DNA of 64,000 bases, taken from positions 1,240,001 to 1,304,000 of the forward strand of contig CP128818.1 in NCBI GenBank assembly GCA_051546255.1. Direction: 5' to 3'. A program made the position numbers and the translations under genes. Each line of letters begins with the position of its first letter. Within the stretch, counting starts at the first letter, position 1. Origin of the DNA: Meyerozyma guilliermondii. Lineage: Eukaryota. The notes beneath the pieces were generated by a model. It searched no databases, had not been told where the DNA came from, and saw only the letters and a list, made by a program, of their open reading frames with translations. Shown in pieces: positions 1 through 10,886 of this stretch.

Positions 1-428
1 TGCACTCAAATGTATAATGGACAGAATGACTAAGGCAGCAAAGGCTAACCTTGTTTCGGAGACTGCTTACGCGATACTTTCTACTATCGCTAATCTCAAT
101 TGCACTTGAATGTGGTTTCATGGCTACCCAGTATGATAACAACTTGATTATATTTTTGGAGAATGTTGCAAAAAGAATTGGACATATTCTCTCATTAAAG
201 AGTTGCTGGGCTGCTTCAAAAGCAACTGAAGTGATAATTTCTCTTAGAACAACTTCAGCGATAAAGCTTATGAAATATTTCGCATGAGTCAATTCCCTTC
301 AAACTTTATTCTCTGAGAACACTGTGGGTTCATTTCAGCAGATAAGAGTGAGTCATACCCCATTTGCCATCCCCACCTTGAAACAAGGGCCATAGAAACT
401 GCAATCTGTAAAAAAAGACAAGCATAAA

Positions 429-2219
429 ATGAATGAAAATGAGTTGAAATTGCTGTTTTACATTATGTCAATTCTGGAGATGCTAAATGCCATTCGAATA
501 ATACAGTCAAAACACACAGCACAAAAGGAAGTAAAGATAGAGGTCTCAACGAGGTACCTTGATGAACAATGTTTTTCTTTGCTTGCAAATAGCGATGTTA
601 GAAACATCATAACTCATTTGGAGTTTAGAAGCTTTTGTTTAATCGATGTCAATTTGGATCACTTTGAGAATTTAAGGAGCTTTCGTGGAGATGAAATTAG
701 AGTTGTAGTTAGCCTTGATCATTCGCTTCAAGAGCTTACATTGTTCAATGGCGTGATCTCAAGTCTCCCATACAACTTGAATAAATTATCGTTGGTGGAT
801 TGCAAAATTGTCTGGCGACATCCTCAACCTCGGTTGCAGCAGTTAAGGTCTTTGGTCGTGAGTAACAGCCCGCACTGTCAAGCAAACTGTTACAGCTCAC
901 TCTTTTGTATGACGTTGTTCGGGGATGACATATTGCAAGATACATTGTGGAATGACGAACTTGAAGAACTCGTCGTTACCGATAGAGAGAGTCACAGACT
1001 TGGACATATGCTCAAGTCGAGTAAGCTACGCCGAGTTGGATTTTTCGGAAGTATGACGAATGATATGTCTCCTGAGCTAGAAGAAATTAGCATTATAGGA
1101 GGTGAAGTGATTAACGATATTACAAAATTTACCAATTTGAAAACACTTTCAATTCAATGGCCACTGAAAAAGTTGAATTCGATGGTTTTTCCTCCTAATT
1201 TGACCAAGATTTACATTAGGTACGCTGAAGAATGTGGAGTTAAAAAAATAGTATTTCCAAAAGGCTTATTGGACCTCACGTTGGCTGACTGTGCTTTAGA
1301 ACACTACGAAACCACCAATTTGCCCAAAACTCTCGTCAAGTTATCTATAACCGATAACGATTTGACTGAATTTAAATGTGATCTTCCTGACTGTACGGAT
1401 ATGAACTTGAGCGGCAACGAACTAGAAGCAATTCGTATCAATACTCCCAAATTGATATCGTTAAACTTGAATGAAAATCTGTTCAGCGCATTTCCCAGAG
1501 TTTCAAACACAGTCAAAGATCTACTGGTGGGCAGCAATGAGATTGACCTATCTACTTTGAAAGATTTACCCCCAGCTCTCAAAACATTAACTATGTACAT
1601 TTCAGCCAAAGGCAAGTTGACAAACTTTACTTTTCCTGCCTCTTTAGAAGAGATTGACCTTTCTGGAGACCCTTTGGAGATTTCGGGCATCAATTTTCCT
1701 CCTGATTCAAAGTTGAAGAAATTGAACTTGAGCATGGCTTCATTGGGAGTGATCAGTGACGCTACCATCAAATTACCACAAGGTTTAGAGTGGTTGGACT
1801 TATATGGAAATGGATTGGAGACCATCGATGATCTCCTGATCCCACAGTCATTGAAATTTTTGGACTTGGGAAATAACAGGCTTGAATCGTTCAATGTTCC
1901 TTCAAGCATACAGACTTTGCTCATTAGCGATAATCCTTTCTTCTCTAACTTGCAAGTGTCTGCCGACCTGGACCTTCGGTCGCTAGTCTTGGAAGAGGTG
2001 GGATGGAAAGACTTCAGCTTTGGGATGTTGAACGCAAGGAAACTTGAGATGTTGAAATTAGGACCTGAAGTGGAGAGCTTGGATGTTTCAGAAATGCCAT
2101 CAACACTTCAATATTTGAAATACGGAGGTGATTTTGAACATCCTGATTTCGTTCTACAACGTAGTGACGAAGATGGTCTTCCGTTGTATCGCCGGATTTC
2201 ATCGAAGATACAGAGGTGA
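429..2219 (+). CDS. Leucine-rich-repeat protein (lineage-specific yeast LRR family, IFA-like)
   Basis: 596-aa ORF with recurrent LPxxLxxLxLxxNxL units (e.g. LPQGLEWLDLYGNGLETI, IPQSLKFLDLGNNRLESF); true start uncertain. Confidence 0.75.
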   Translation: MNENELKLLFYIMSILEMLNAIRIIQSKHTAQKEVKIEVSTRYLDEQCFSLLANSDVRNIITHLEFRSFCLIDVNLDHFENLRSFRGDEIRVVVSLDHSLQELTLFNGVISSLPYNLNKLSLVDCKIVWRHPQPRLQQLRSLVVSNSPHCQANCYSSLFCMTLFGDDILQDTLWNDELEELVVTDRESHRLGHMLKSSKLRRVGFFGSMTNDMSPELEEISIIGGEVINDITKFTNLKTLSIQWPLKKLNSMVFPPNLTKIYIRYAEECGVKKIVFPKGLLDLTLADCALEHYETTNLPKTLVKLSITDNDLTEFKCDLPDCTDMNLSGNELEAIRINTPKLISLNLNENLFSAFPRVSNTVKDLLVGSNEIDLSTLKDLPPALKTLTMYISAKGKLTNFTFPASLEEIDLSGDPLEISGINFPPDSKLKKLNLSMASLGVISDATIKLPQGLEWLDLYGNGLETIDDLLIPQSLKFLDLGNNRLESFNVPSSIQTLLISDNPFFSNLQVSADLDLRSLVLEEVGWKDFSFGMLNARKLEMLKLGPEVESLDVSEMPSTLQYLKYGGDFEHPDFVLQRSDEDGLPLYRRISSKIQR

Positions 2220-2759
2220 AAGATATGAGGTTTGTCAAAGACCGTAAACTTAGTGAAACTGAAAATTGCCTAATGCTTTTTTGGAAAATGTGGATTCTGA
2301 GTAATGTGACTATGGAGAGCCCCGAATGTTTTATCATTAACTGCCGGCGCTTAATAGCCACATCGGAATAAAGTAAGCTCATGTATATTGGCTCTGCTTT
2401 GTATGCCCAAATAAATAATTTAAGTTCTGTCTTAGTTGTACAAATATGGTGTCACTGATTTTTCATGTACGTATTGCTCTAATATCCTTCATTTTTGAGT
2501 CAATGAGTATTGCTCTCTAATCTGTCTTTCATGAAAATGGCTGCAAAATTTCGCACTTCAAAACTGTAATACTAACTTCAAACAGCGACCACAACAAGCT
2601 TTTTATGAAATAGCCAAGAGTTATTCTGTGGTTTGTTTTATACATTTTATTTGCAAATAAATCTGTCTCGAGCAAGACACACTTTTATGTCAAGACAATC
2701 TTCAACTTCGTGCCAATTCTCAAAATTCTAGCTTGACTCAAGCTCCAAAAAAGTGCTCC

Positions 2760-5430
2760 TCAATTGCCAAATTCATCAATAACCGACACTGGTGGCACAT
2801 ACTTTCCAACGGGACTGTACTCAACATCATCAAAAGCTGGTCCAAAAAACTTTGGTCCTCCAACATCCAAAGCCTTCTGAGTACTTATCCACAAGTCTGA
2901 AGGGGAGAAAGCCAATACAAATACCATGATTCCGTATCGATATTCTGGAGTTCCAACTGCCTCTCCGTTATCAGCATCACATACTGAAATCAAGTCAGGA
3001 ACCGAACAAACCGTTTCCCATGTTTTGGAGCCATTTTTTTGGACTTTCGCAACAATATTTTCATTCTTGAAAGGAATAACCATCTTGTCCTTTTCCTCGT
3101 TTTCAATAATGACTTCTCCATAAACATGCCCCTTAAAGAGTTTCTTCTCGATACCAACAATCTTACCGGCAAAAATCTTTCTTCCTGTAACTGGGCCTCC
3201 AACAGACTCAATGATTCTTTCTGGCAACTTTTCGATTTCAAACTTTTGGCGAGCAATACGAACGGCTCTGCCAATTCTCCAAGCAGTGGAAAGAGAGTGA
3301 TGAACCGTGTAGTCAACCAAATCGTTGCTGGACATTGGAACATTGACCACTCCCACATGAGCACCGATTTCGGCCAAAGCAGCACGCATCATTTTCTCCA
3401 CATAGAGATTGGACTGGGCTCCAGTTATCAAAAAGTCATTTCCATTTCCATCAGAAACAGATGTGGTCTTCAAGTACAAGTCGTCTTTGAGAGCACATGG
3501 TAGAATCTGAGCATGCGTGGGGTATGCTCTACCCATAAGATCAGCATCTATGACGGGAATATCCAACTTGGTCGAAGCTCCACAGTACATTCCTTTGAAC
3601 CCATTTCCACCACCAATTTCAAGCGGGAACACTCCATCTGGCTTTGATTTCAAATAGTCAAACAAGGCGTTTGCAGCATCAGAAAGTTCATCACCTTGGA
3701 GTTGTTCGTCAGCAACTGTTGGTGAGCCGGCAAAACCCACAGTGATGAACTTTCCTTCACCTTTGGCATACTTTGGAGCATCGTGCAAGTTGATAACTCT
3801 CACCTTGGCACCATCTCGAAGCATGTTTCTCATCTCCAAAAAGATAGGATAAGGTGTACCACCACCTCCACAACCAAGAATATAGGTTCCTATCCGGATA
3901 AACTCCAAGTCTGTCTCGGAAATAATCCACTCTCTCAGTTCGTTGACGAAAGGTTTATACGCCTGGTAGTCGATTTTGGCTTGGTCGGCATGAGACACAT
4001 CTTTGTCAGCGTATGAAGAATTCTTGTGGAAAGTATCCTCTTGCTCGGCTTCAGTTGAATCTATGAAGCTTGTCTTGTTTGCACTTTCAAGCTCTTCAAG
4101 CGTATCAGATACCTTTTCAAAGTCAATGTCACCTACTACTTTAATCTCAAAAGTATAGGTTCTGTCCACATATGGTACCGGGTCATAAGAGAGCTCAACT
4201 ATTTCAACTGAGTCTTCAACTGCGCCCTTGGCAACTATATCAGCAGTGACTTCTTTCTTCATTTTTTCAATCACAGTGTCTTTATCAGCAATGCTGTCGA
4301 GTACCTCAATCTTCTGAAGAGAGGCAGATAACTTACCCAAGGCAGCACCTATGGCATTGGCAACTTGGTAGTATGGTGGTCGGTGGACACTCGAAGCTCC
4401 ATCCAAAGTAGTTGGTGAGATAAAAGAACCTCCACCAACCAAAAGAACCGGAATAGGTTCAGGGCTGGTTCTAATTGTGTCTATGACTCTTTCCAACTTG
4501 GTCTTGACCACCTGCTGGAACTTGGTTTTGTAAGAGTCACTGAACAAATTCTGAACTTCGGTTTTGTCGCCGAGGTCAAACATGGACTTTTCTTCAGTAA
4601 TTGCTACTGTGACATCAGTTGACGTAACAGTGTCACCTCCAAACACAAGGGCTCTTTGCTTAATGTCTGCTCCCACAGAATCAGGACCAACGGTGATTTC
4701 TCCTTTGGTTTCCCGCACAATCGACCCTCCTCCAAGACCTATACTTTCGACTTGAGGCATTGAAAAATTAACTCTAACTCCTCCAACTTCAGAATACGAC
4801 ATAGACTGTCTTGGGTATCCAGAGGGTAAGAGGAGACCAACATCTGTGGTGGTTCCACCAATGTCAACCACAACTATGGTCTTGCCATGAATATCTCCTT
4901 CTTGAGCACAGAGAAAGGCAGCACCTCTCATGGAGTTGGTGGCTCCCGAAGAGAATGTCCGGATTGGAGTTTGAAGAGCCTCGCTCACCGTTAACACGGT
5001 TCCGTCATTCTGGGTCAACATTATGGGACACTTGAAACCTTTCGAACGCACAGATCTGATAAACGACCTGATGATTTTTCCTGCAAAAGACATCACCGAA
5101 GCATTCAAAATCGAGGCATTTTCACGAGGAATAAGACCAATCCGGGACACCGTATGAGACATGACAATGTCACCATCGGGCATCACCAGTCGCACCAATT
5201 CGGCCGCTCTTTGCTCGTGGGTTTTATTGATGATGGAAAAGATTCCAACAATAGCCACCGACTTGATTCCAAGACTTTTGATCTTAGTGGCATGTTCCAA
5301 AATCAGAGCTTCGTCTAAAGGCTGGATTTCGTTACCATCCACCCGGTGACCTCCATTCACGAACGCTGTATAACCTTTGATGATTTTCGTCAATCCAGCA
5401 GGAAAATCGGAAAATGGTCCAGATCCCTTC
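2760..5430 (-). pseudogene. Hydantoinase/oxoprolinase-family + DUF917 protein, 5'-truncated
   Basis: Motifs SSGATNSMRGAAFL, VVVDIGGTTTDVG, IGLGGGS, ANAIGAA, ILGCGGGG, LEIGGGNG, DADLMGRAYP. The expected N-terminal IDVGGTNTD/GTTHF segment and an ATG at the ORF start are absent; the ORF abuts LRG1 coding sequence. Confidence 0.8.
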
Positions 5431-7629
5431 ACTGGCTGTGCTCATTATCTCAAGCTTCTTATAAGAATTGGTCTTAGTAACTCATTGAAGGTGAATCAGT
5501 TCCGAGGCACAGCCACGGCAACGACTACCTTTTTTGCACGCACAAAGCTTTACGAAGAGTTCACAATTATCGAAGCTGATTCGATCAAGAGTAATGTCGA
5601 AGCGATTGATAAAAGACTAGCTGTTGCACCAAATGCATCGGATGCATGTACTGAGTGTAACAAGAGCATTGAGAAGGCTTGCATCAGATACAATAGTCAT
5701 CGCTGGCACTTGAGCTGCTTCAACTGTTCACAGTGCAAAACTTCTTTGGTTGATGATATCAAGAGTTCCACTTTCAAGGACGGGAAGATATTCTGTGCAA
5801 CCTGCGCTACACCCGATTCTCTTCCCGGATTTGAAAAAGTATCGAACCTTTCGCAGTTAATCTTTCTCCTCAAGATAGCACTCTCGCGTTCCAGGGCAAT
5901 CATGAGCGTTGATGCTCAGGAATCCCTTCCTCAAAATGAGATGGCGACAATTGCCGAAGAGCGTGCCGTGAGAGATGCGGCAGAGCAAGATTATTCTAAG
6001 ACTTTAAATGATGTCACAAGATTACGTACGAAGCGCCAAAGTCAAAAGCTATCGAACTCAGTGAAGCAAAAGGCTCGTAAATCGGTCGTGTTGGAAACCC
6101 CTGATGCCGACGAAGCCAAGGAGGAAGATCAAAGTAATGAAAACATAGTTGATGAGGAGGGATCGAAGACACCAGGGGCGAGAAAATCGAGTTTCTCTTC
6201 GCAATTGTCTTTCGTTACACAACAGGTAGAAAGTGATCACTTCAACGTGAGTCGAAAGAAATCGTTACGAATTCGAGATGAACCTCAAAGAAATCTCACC
6301 AATAGTCATCTAGACAGAACTAGCGATTTGTTGAAGAATGAGAAGTCTTTGACGCTTGATGATATCCCAAGAATAGTGGCTGCCGAACAAGCCAGAGAGC
6401 AGAGACCTAACGCTTACAGACATCATAATTCATTGTATGAGAAGCAAAAACCTATGAACTCGGTGAGAACAGTATCCTTGAGTGGTACTGCGGCGCTATC
6501 AGGAGCGAAGACATCAGAGTCTTCTGCTCCCCCAAAGAGGAACAAATATTATTCTGAGTTATCAAAATCCGAGCATTTCGTTTTGAGACACATAGCAATT
6601 GAGGCACTCGTTCAAATCCTGAACAACAAGTACAATAAGGAAGAGCTTTTGAGCTTAATTCAGACCCGCAAAGCACCTACCTTCTGGGATAAATTGAAGA
6701 TTGGAGGAGGTGAGGGAAAGAAAGATCGCAATATGGCAGTTTTCGGTGTTGATTTGCAAGAATTAACCAAGAAATATGGCGTCGATTCTGACTTGGGGGT
6801 GGGCCCGGCCAAACTTCGAATCCCCATTGTTGTTGACGACATAATCACTGCAATGAGACAAAAAGATATGTCTGTTGAAGGTATCTTTCGGCTTAATGGT
6901 AACATTAAGAAGTTGAAAGATTTGACGGACCAAATCAACAAGAATCCTCTCAAGTCCCCGGACTTTTCGCAACAGTCGGCGGTGCAATTAGCTGCGTTGA
7001 TGAAAAAATGGATTCGAGAATTGCCCAATCCACTTTTGACTTACAACTTGCACGACTTGTGGATCCAGTCACAGCGAGAACAGGACTTGGTGTTACGTAA
7101 AAGGCTCTTACAATTGACCTACTGTATGCTTCCTCGAAGCCATCGAAATTTGTTGGAGGTATTGCTCTACTTTTTCAGCTGGGTAGCCTCGTTTGCTGAG
7201 ATTGATGAAGAAACAGGATCAAAAATGGACATTCATAACCTTGCCACGGTTGTGTCGCCCAATGTCCTTGTTTCGAGGCAAAGTCAGCAAACAGACCCTT
7301 CAGCTCCAGGAGAAACGTACTTTTTGGCTATTGAGGTTGTGAATCAGTTGATTGAGCAGCACGAGGAAATGAGTATAATTCCTGACGACTTGTGGCAGTT
7401 TTTTGAGAAGAGTGAAATCAACACCAAGTCCAACAACATTACCACCAAGGAGGTGATGAGCAGACTTGAAAAGGTGAGCAAAGACAACAGTGGTTTTTTC
7501 AAAAATTTTGCAGTTCAATTATCGCAACCTGTGACGTACTCCAACCTGGAAGTTAGATCCAATACTGTGTCTCGTGGGCTTTCAAAGGCATTGCCCGAGT
7601 CATATGGCGAAACTTCTCATGAATCTTAA
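5431..7629 (+). pseudogene. LRG1: Lrg1-type LIM/RhoGAP, 5'-truncated (last LIM domain and RhoGAP remain)
   Basis: AHYLKLLIRIGL, LIM CxxC...WHLSCFNCSQC, SLTLDDIPRIVAAEQAREQRPNA, RhoGAP DMSVEGIFRLNGNIK and SKMDIHNLATV; N-terminal LIM domains missing. Confidence 0.85.
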
Positions 7630-7698
7630 TTGTATTAGTATAGCGTAAGTCTAGTGAATAAAATTATTCGCGAATGTGACGAATTTCTTCTTTGTACA

Positions 7699-7956
7699 AT
7701 GAGCTTAACTGCGGACACCTTGAAAAGTCTCATTGAGGACAAGCTTGAGGCAACTTTGGTTCAAGTAGAAGATATGTCTGGCGGCTGTGGTCAAGCATTT
7801 GCCGTCATTATAGTGTCTCCGCTCTTCGTTGGCAAGAACAAATTGGCCAGACACCGATTAGTCAACAGTGCTCTTAAAGAAGAAATAGCATCAATTCATG
7901 CTTTTACACAAAAGGGATTCACTCCCGAGGAATGGAAAGCGCAGGGTGGAAACTGA
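7699..7956 (+). CDS. BOL2: BolA-family protein (Bol2/Fra2-like)
   Basis: [37 protein letters not shown] at 7699. Confidence 0.85.
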   Translation: MSLTADTLKSLIEDKLEATLVQVEDMSGGCGQAFAVIIVSPLFVGKNKLARHRLVNSALKEEIASIHAFTQKGFTPEEWKAQGGN

Positions 7957-7984
7957 GACCTGTTTTTGATCTATAAAGTGCTAT

Positions 7985-9451
7985 TTAATGATTATATCTC
8001 TTGGTAATGATTCCCCACCCTATTAATAAGAGCCCATACAGAATGCAAATTACAAGAGGAAATATCCTCATTCCCGAAGCACTCGACTCAGCAATGGTTC
8101 CGATCAAGAAGGGTATGGCTGCGCCGCCACCGCCTCCAAAAGCGCAGATAAAACCCACTCCGGCAGTGTGAAATTTCACCGGAAGAATGTTAATCGCAGC
8201 CACGATTGTGGTGGGAAAGATTGGTCCAATGGATATCCCGGTAAGGAAAACGATCAAGAATAGTAGTGGGATTGCGTTGGTGAACGCCAAGAGCCAGAAA
8301 AGTAACAATCCGCCAAACGAGCCTCCGATATAGACTAGATTAGCTGTCAATTCATTAGCAAAGAACATCTCGGTGACAAACCCCAAACACATTCTTCCCA
8401 CCGTGAGTCCTGTCCAGAAGCTGGTAGCCATGTACGACGATTTCTTGTACGTGAGCTTTTTGATTCTCATCAAGAAAGATATTAACCAAGACCCGAACGC
8501 AACCTCTCCACCAACGTACATGAATAAGATGATTGCAAAAGTCCAAACAAGTTTTGATTTGACCACTTCCAGAAACGGAACAGCATGGTCTTCCACTGGT
8601 GTTTCTTCTTCTTCGTTATCAAGCAGCTGTAACTCCACATCATTTTCTTGCTTGGCTCTCGCACTCGCTTTCATGACAGTTTGGTACCTGAACTTTTTTG
8701 CTGTCTCAAATCTAAATGTCACGGCAACGGTTACAAGTGAAAAAACAGCCAACAACGCCAATACATAGTAGTAGTAGTTCCATTGCCATGGGTTGTGTTT
8801 TCTGGAGAGTAAATGAGAAATCAAAGGTGGAGATATCATGCACCCAATTCCATAGCAGCCATGCAAAATGCCCAAAATTGGATTTGAATCCTTTAATCCT
8901 CCCATCCATGTATTGATGCCTGCATCAAGGCCGCCCAATGCCAATCCGTTTAAAACGTAGAAGCATACAAGAAGAAAAAATGGTGGTTTTAACGAAATCA
9001 TCGAGTACCCGCAAACCATGCAAATTCCTCCAGCCATAAGAACACCTTTCACTCCGACTCTCTGATGGGTTGTTTCACTCAAAACAGCAGAGATAATGTA
9101 TCCCAACACAACTGCTAAAAATATGAAACTTGTCTGCATATCATCAACCTCATAATAGGCTTGAAATTTGGGAATCAAGACACCGACGGTTTGCTCCGCC
9201 ATGCCAAAAATAATGTAGCACGCATAAGAAGTGACGATCTGTGCCTTGAGGAGATTACTTTGCCTCCAATCAAGCGAATCAATGAAGAGCGTTTCGTTTT
9301 CGTATTCAATTGTGTATTTTTCCGGGGTAAGTTCCGAGAAATTTGCGCCCACATCTATCCGAGTAGATTTGTTGATGGGCGATGGAATGTTGGCCTCATC
9401 AGCGGTTTCTGACGTCAAGAGCAGTTCTTCCAAGCTATTCCTCAACAGCAT
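7985..9451 (-). CDS. MFS transporter, Bsc6-like
   Basis: About 12 hydrophobic segments, LGILHGCYGIGCMISP, MYVGGEVAFGSW, FWTGLTVGR; first ATG at 9451. Confidence 0.8.
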   Translation of the reverse strand: MLLRNSLEELLLTSETADEANIPSPINKSTRIDVGANFSELTPEKYTIEYENETLFIDSLDWRQSNLLKAQIVTSYACYIIFGMAEQTVGVLIPKFQAYYEVDDMQTSFIFLAVVLGYIISAVLSETTHQRVGVKGVLMAGGICMVCGYSMISLKPPFFLLVCFYVLNGLALGGLDAGINTWMGGLKDSNPILGILHGCYGIGCMISPPLISHLLSRKHNPWQWNYYYYVLALLAVFSLVTVAVTFRFETAKKFRYQTVMKASARAKQENDVELQLLDNEEEETPVEDHAVPFLEVVKSKLVWTFAIILFMYVGGEVAFGSWLISFLMRIKKLTYKKSSYMATSFWTGLTVGRMCLGFVTEMFFANELTANLVYIGGSFGGLLLFWLLAFTNAIPLLFLIVFLTGISIGPIFPTTIVAAINILPVKFHTAGVGFICAFGGGGGAAIPFLIGTIAESSASGMRIFPLVICILYGLLLIGWGIITKRYNH

Positions 9452-9762
9452 AAACTTTTTTGTAGGTTTTATCGATAATTTCAAAGGGGTTGCAAATTAC
9501 CCCATCTCATCTATAATGTGCACTTACCAAGCTGTATGCAGAGTACAGATGAGTAATACGGTAATATTCCCGAGAGTTTGCCCAAGGATGCTACGAGGAA
9601 GAGGAGGTGGATTCTGCAACAATATTCCACTCAATTGATCCCACCGACATTGAGTTCAGATATGACGTATGCAACATATGCATATATGCATGCAAGTGTC
9701 AAAACGCAAGGATATTATGCACTGCAATGTTAAAGGTGTTTGCCAGTTTCTCTAACAGTTGT

Positions 9763-9834
9763 GCCTCCTTAGCTTAGTGGTAGAGCGTTGCACTTGTAAT
9801 GCAAAGGTCGCTAGTTCAATTCTGGCAGGAGGCA
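9763..9834 (+). tRNA. tRNA-Thr(TGT)
   Basis: Acceptor GCCTCCT/AGGAGGC+A, D-arm TAGCTTAGTGGTAGAGC, anticodon arm TTGCA-CTTGTAA-TGCAA, T-loop GTTCAAT. Confidence 0.95.
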
Positions 9835-9846
9835 AGAACTACTCCT

Positions 9847-9917
9847 GCGCAAATGGTTTAGTGGTAAAATCCATCGTTGCCATCGATGGGCCCCCGGTTC
9901 GATTCCGGGTTTGCGCA
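9847..9917 (+). tRNA. tRNA-Gly(GCC)
   Basis: Acceptor GCGCAAA/TTTGCGC+A, anticodon arm CATCG-TTGCCAT-CGATG, T-loop GGTTCGATTCC. Confidence 0.95.
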
Positions 9918-9920
9918 TTC

Positions 9921-9927
9921 TTTTTTT
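9921..9927 (+). terminator. Pol III oligo-T terminator of the tRNA pair
   Basis: T7 run 3 nt after tRNA-Gly; none between the two tRNAs. Confidence 0.8.
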
Positions 9928-9952
9928 CATTTCACCTAACTTTTTCCTTGAC

Positions 9953-10819
9953 ATGTCGAAGCAAGCAGTAAAGACGTTTGTCAATGCCAGTATGTTCTTT
10001 TTTTTTGCTTTTACACATACATAAGCTAACTCAGTCCAAAAGTTCTACCCAATCAGACTTGCTGATAAATCTTGGGACAATACTGGGCTCCTAGTCGATT
10101 CCAGTTCCGACGATGATTGCAATGAAATTCGAGTTTTACTCACCATTGACCTTACTCGAGCAGTAGCAGAGGAAGCAATCCAGAACAAAACCAATATAAT
10201 CATGGCATACCACCCTTTTATCTTTCGTGGCTTGAAATCTATTACCCCACAAGACCCTCAGCAACGTTCGCTCATCCAACTTATCCAAAATAAAATCAGT
10301 GTTTATTCGCCTCATACGGCTGTTGACAGTGCCAAAGGAGGAGTCAATGACTTTTTGGCCCGTGGTATCTCTCTGGGATCTCAATTAGCCTCGAAAGATA
10401 TCATACAGCCAGATTCTCAAGACCCAGAATGTGGCATGGGAAGACTCATTCGATTTGAGTCGCCGGTTGGTTTAGAACAATTGGTGGAAAACGTGAAAAA
10501 GAGTCTTGGATTGAAGTATGTTCAGGTTGCTTTAGGGGCTGGAAAAGACAAAAACCATAAAATTTCAGCCGTCGCTATCTGCGCCGGTTCCGGAGGATCG
10601 GTTTTCCGCGGAGTGGAAGCAGACCTTTACTTTACCGGCGAGCTTTCTCATCACGAAGCATTGTACTTTAAGGAACAAGGCTCTTCAGTAATTGCATGCA
10701 ACCACTCCAATACCGAGCGTGCTTTTCTTGCTGATCTTAAAACTCAATTGCAACTGGAACTTCCTTCGGCTACAATCTCCATCAGCCAGTGCGATAAAGA
10801 TCCCTACGAGACATGGTAA
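9953..10819 (+). CDS. NIF3: Nif3/GTP cyclohydrolase 1 type 2 family protein; exons 9953-9989 and 10035-10819
   Basis: Splicing gives MSKQAVKTFVNAIQKFYPIRLADKSWDNTGLL...AYHPFIFRG...SPHTAVD...FTGELSHHE...HSNTER; the ORF track missed the N-terminus. Confidence 0.92.
9990..10034 (+). other. Spliceosomal intron (45 nt) in NIF3
   Basis: GTATGT donor, GCTAAC branch point at 10025-10030, CAG acceptor; removal restores the frame. Confidence 0.88.
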
Positions 10820-10886
10820 ATGTTTTTCAATGTACATCATACAATTCGTAATAGTATTCCCTCTCTCCCTTTTTCTTGGTGCCTGC

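Noticed and set aside
51..287. 78-aa ORF upstream of the LRR gene
   Set aside because: Non-ATG start, no recognisable motif and no splice signals linking it to the LRR ORF
5377..5430. ORF-track N-terminus of the 750-aa LRG1 ORF
   Set aside because: It is the antisense reading of hydantoinase codons, not native Lrg1 sequence
5433..5480. Intron explanation for the missing hydantoinase 5' end (minus-strand CAG and TACTAAG nearby)
   Set aside because: The branch motif is not CTAAC, and the supposed intron would be conserved LRG1 coding sequence, which is itself truncated at the same point
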